Below, piece by piece: positions 61,613-64,000 of a DNA stretch of 64,000 bases. The notes under the pieces were generated by a model. That model did not search any database. It was not told the DNA's origin and was given only the letters and a program-made list of their open reading frames with translations. The first letter of the stretch is position 1. Each line of letters begins with the position of its first letter. The stretch lies in NCBI RefSeq assembly GCF_000143415.4, contig NW_003314315.1, positions 690,653 through 754,652 of the forward strand, given 5' to 3'. The stretch is from Selaginella moellendorffii (Eukaryota > Plantae > Lycopodiophyta). The position numbers and the translations under genes are program-made.

Positions 61613-64000
61613 TGTCGCGCATGTGACTTCGGGTATTGAAAGTTACCTGTCGACTAGTCCTTACGGACACTCTTACCTTACTGCCATGATGGCAGGAGGT
61701 CGGTATTGCTGGACCCTTTATCAGTCCCTCTTGTGCTAGTGGAGTTAACTGGGCATTTCGAGTGTACTTAGACCGGACAAGCATAAGGACGGAATTCCTA
61801 CGTGTTATTAGCTAAGCATACTTAGCCCGGTAAGGAGTTCCCGTCTCGTTTTGTCTTGCACTGGCTAGTGACAAGAACCCTCGCGTATTGAGATTGGTCC
61901 CTCAATATCGCTACATGATAGCTTACCGTGTCTGCCAAACACCCTCGCTATCATACCCTTTGTGTTAGTCTCATTTCGGTCCCAAATGCTATTTATGGAA
62001 AGTGTCCAGATTTGCTCATTTGGCATATCTACGGAATGTAGAGATCAGCCTGAACACAATGGTGTTCGTCCCATGTCTAAATTCACAATCTAAGGACATT
62101 CCATATTTAGTAAGTTTCGAGCTTGTCCCAGAAACTAACTCCTGATACTAAGGGAGGCTTGGGGTGAAAGCCCAAAGCGTGTGTTCCTCAAGGGGGGGGG
62201 GGGGGCTGTGGGGGGTTCCAAATGTATAGTAGGGATAGTGGGTAGGTCGGGCATGGCCGACCAACCTGAGGCATAGTCTAGCTCCCGCTTGCGTGCCTGT
62301 CATTGTTCTGCGTCCGGCTTGGGTCTAAGCCCAAGTTCCATTCCATGCTAGCTGGTGGAGTACCCATATTCTCACGTTAGGCCACCGGTATGCCAAAATA
62401 GCGCCAGACTCCGTTTGGCTCCGTTTTGCATGCTGGTCCTGGCATTGGGATGCTGGTTGCTCTAGGACTGTTCCAAGTCGCTCCGGGCCCCTGTCCCTTC
62501 GCTCCTTGGGCTATATGCTTGGAAGTTGCTCCGTGGTCCGGTTCCATCACTCCTTGGCGTCACGCTTGGGAGTTTGGCACCGTTCCTCTGTTCAGTGGCC
62601 CAAGGCCCTGAACCTCGGGTTCCTATGGACACGTGGCATGGACACGTGGTATGTGACACGTGGCATCTGTCACGTGGCACAAAGAGGGTTTAGGTTCCGC
62701 TTCGTGGTGTTATCCTATGGTAAATCACCATAGGATAAAGGGTCAAAACCACGTGCGCTACATTTGGTATCAGAGGATGAGTCTCAGCGAGTACTATTCA
62801 ATGAGATTGGGCAACTAGTCTCGTTGCATACGCAGAGATGAAAACGATGATCCGAGTGGGTACACGTTTGGGTGCAAAGACTTCGCAATCGTTCCTTGGG
62901 TATGGATTCGGTTACCTTCTTGTACCGTAATTATGTGAGCTTGCTCTTGGGCTCATAAGATGGATTTGAGTTGTTCCAGTAGCACGAGTTTGCGCTTGGG
63001 CTCGTGAGTGAGGCACATTAGCAACTCAAGGTTACACTTAGAGTTGGCAGGATTAATGTTAGCCTATCAGTGGTTCCATGAGTTGTTCCATGTACCATGA
63101 GTGAAAGTAAATTTTCCCTGGGTTTGCTATGAGTGGCAAATAGGCTGGTCCGTAGCTGTTTAGCATGGCACTAGTAGATCCTTCCTAGGCATGATTATAA
63201 GTGGATCAATCAAGACTGTAGGGAATAGTCTATTGGTTCATGTAATTATTGCCGTGATCTCTTATAAACTTTTCTTTGATTAAACTGAAGGCAGTGCGAA
63301 AGCAAGCTTGAGGTTTAGTCAAAAATAAGACCGGAAAGAGAGTCATCGGGGACGAAGGATCAAACACGTAAATCATCTTCTCTTGGAGAGATAATTTGCA
63401 ACGAGGTGTGACTCATTGCTCATATTCACATTATGCAATCAAGAGTCCCTATCTTGATGCATATTGGAGATGATGGTCTTACAAATGGTGAGTTGTGGGA
63501 TGGATAGCGGTGAAACGCTAAACCATTTTGTCTAGACTTGCTATCGGAAGACTTGGGTTGCAATGCTCAATTCTTTTCCGGGGAACCTTGCTATTGCTCC
63601 TTGAGTAGCTTGGTGTTGGATTAGTGTTGAGTTTGGTCAGAAAGAGAGTGGCATGAGCTTGTCCGTGTTGTGAACAAAAGTTAGTGGTGTTGGTGTTGTA
63701 AATCTCTATCGATGAGGTGTGGCATTTATGTTGCATTTTGTCGAATCGAGTTAGCACTTGATATTCACATAAACCTTTGTAGTAGTGACATGGGCATTGC
63801 TCATAGTGTTGCTTGATTGATGATCAAGTCATTGTGATTTATATCATATCCATGTGATAATGAACAATGTGTTTACGAAGTTGCTTGGTTAACGATGATC
63901 AACCCCAAAGTGGTTGATGGAGAAGCTAGTCTACTTGCATGAAGTAGCATTGTAGTAGCTTTGACTGGATTCTCTATAGTGGTCCATTATGCTAAAGCTA
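61613..64000 (+). mobile_element. Family C LTR element: 5' LTR 61613-62762, PBS, non-coding internal region running off the window
   Basis: TG...CA 1150-bp LTR; PBS tggtatcagag at 62765-62775; no gag recognisable in the following 1.2 kb. Confidence 0.85.

Overview
Eukaryotic, transposon-dense plant DNA with three assembly gaps. The 45-55 nt introns and the TE repertoire suggest a non-seed plant such as a lycophyte (inference). Most ORFs in the track are artefacts of hexamer repeats inside LTRs or of N-runs. Three results stand out. (1) A decayed Mutator-like (MULE) transposase lies head-to-head with a spliced gene encoding a ParB/Srx-like domain (NGNHR) fused to a beta-class N6-adenine/N4-cytosine DNA methyltransferase fold, with six imperfect palindromes between them. 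(2) A Ty3/gypsy element has two canonical 47- and 51-nt spliceosomal introns in its integrase. (3) A ~43-kb inversion (about 8.14-50.95 kb) split that methyltransferase gene, the gypsy 5' LTR and a surrounding non-autonomous LTR element; it can be rebuilt from matching TSDs, rejoined reading frames and an uninterrupted paralogue. Also present: non-autonomous LARD-type elements and solo LTRs, a three-LTR TRIM, a tRNA-Ala-primed gypsy with a 4-bp TSD plus an old copy, three near-identical 288-bp MITEs, an endonuclease-bearing Helentron-type element, an intron-retaining FPS pseudogene, and one apparently intact proline-rich transmembrane protein gene. All family assignments come from motif recognition by eye; no searches were run.
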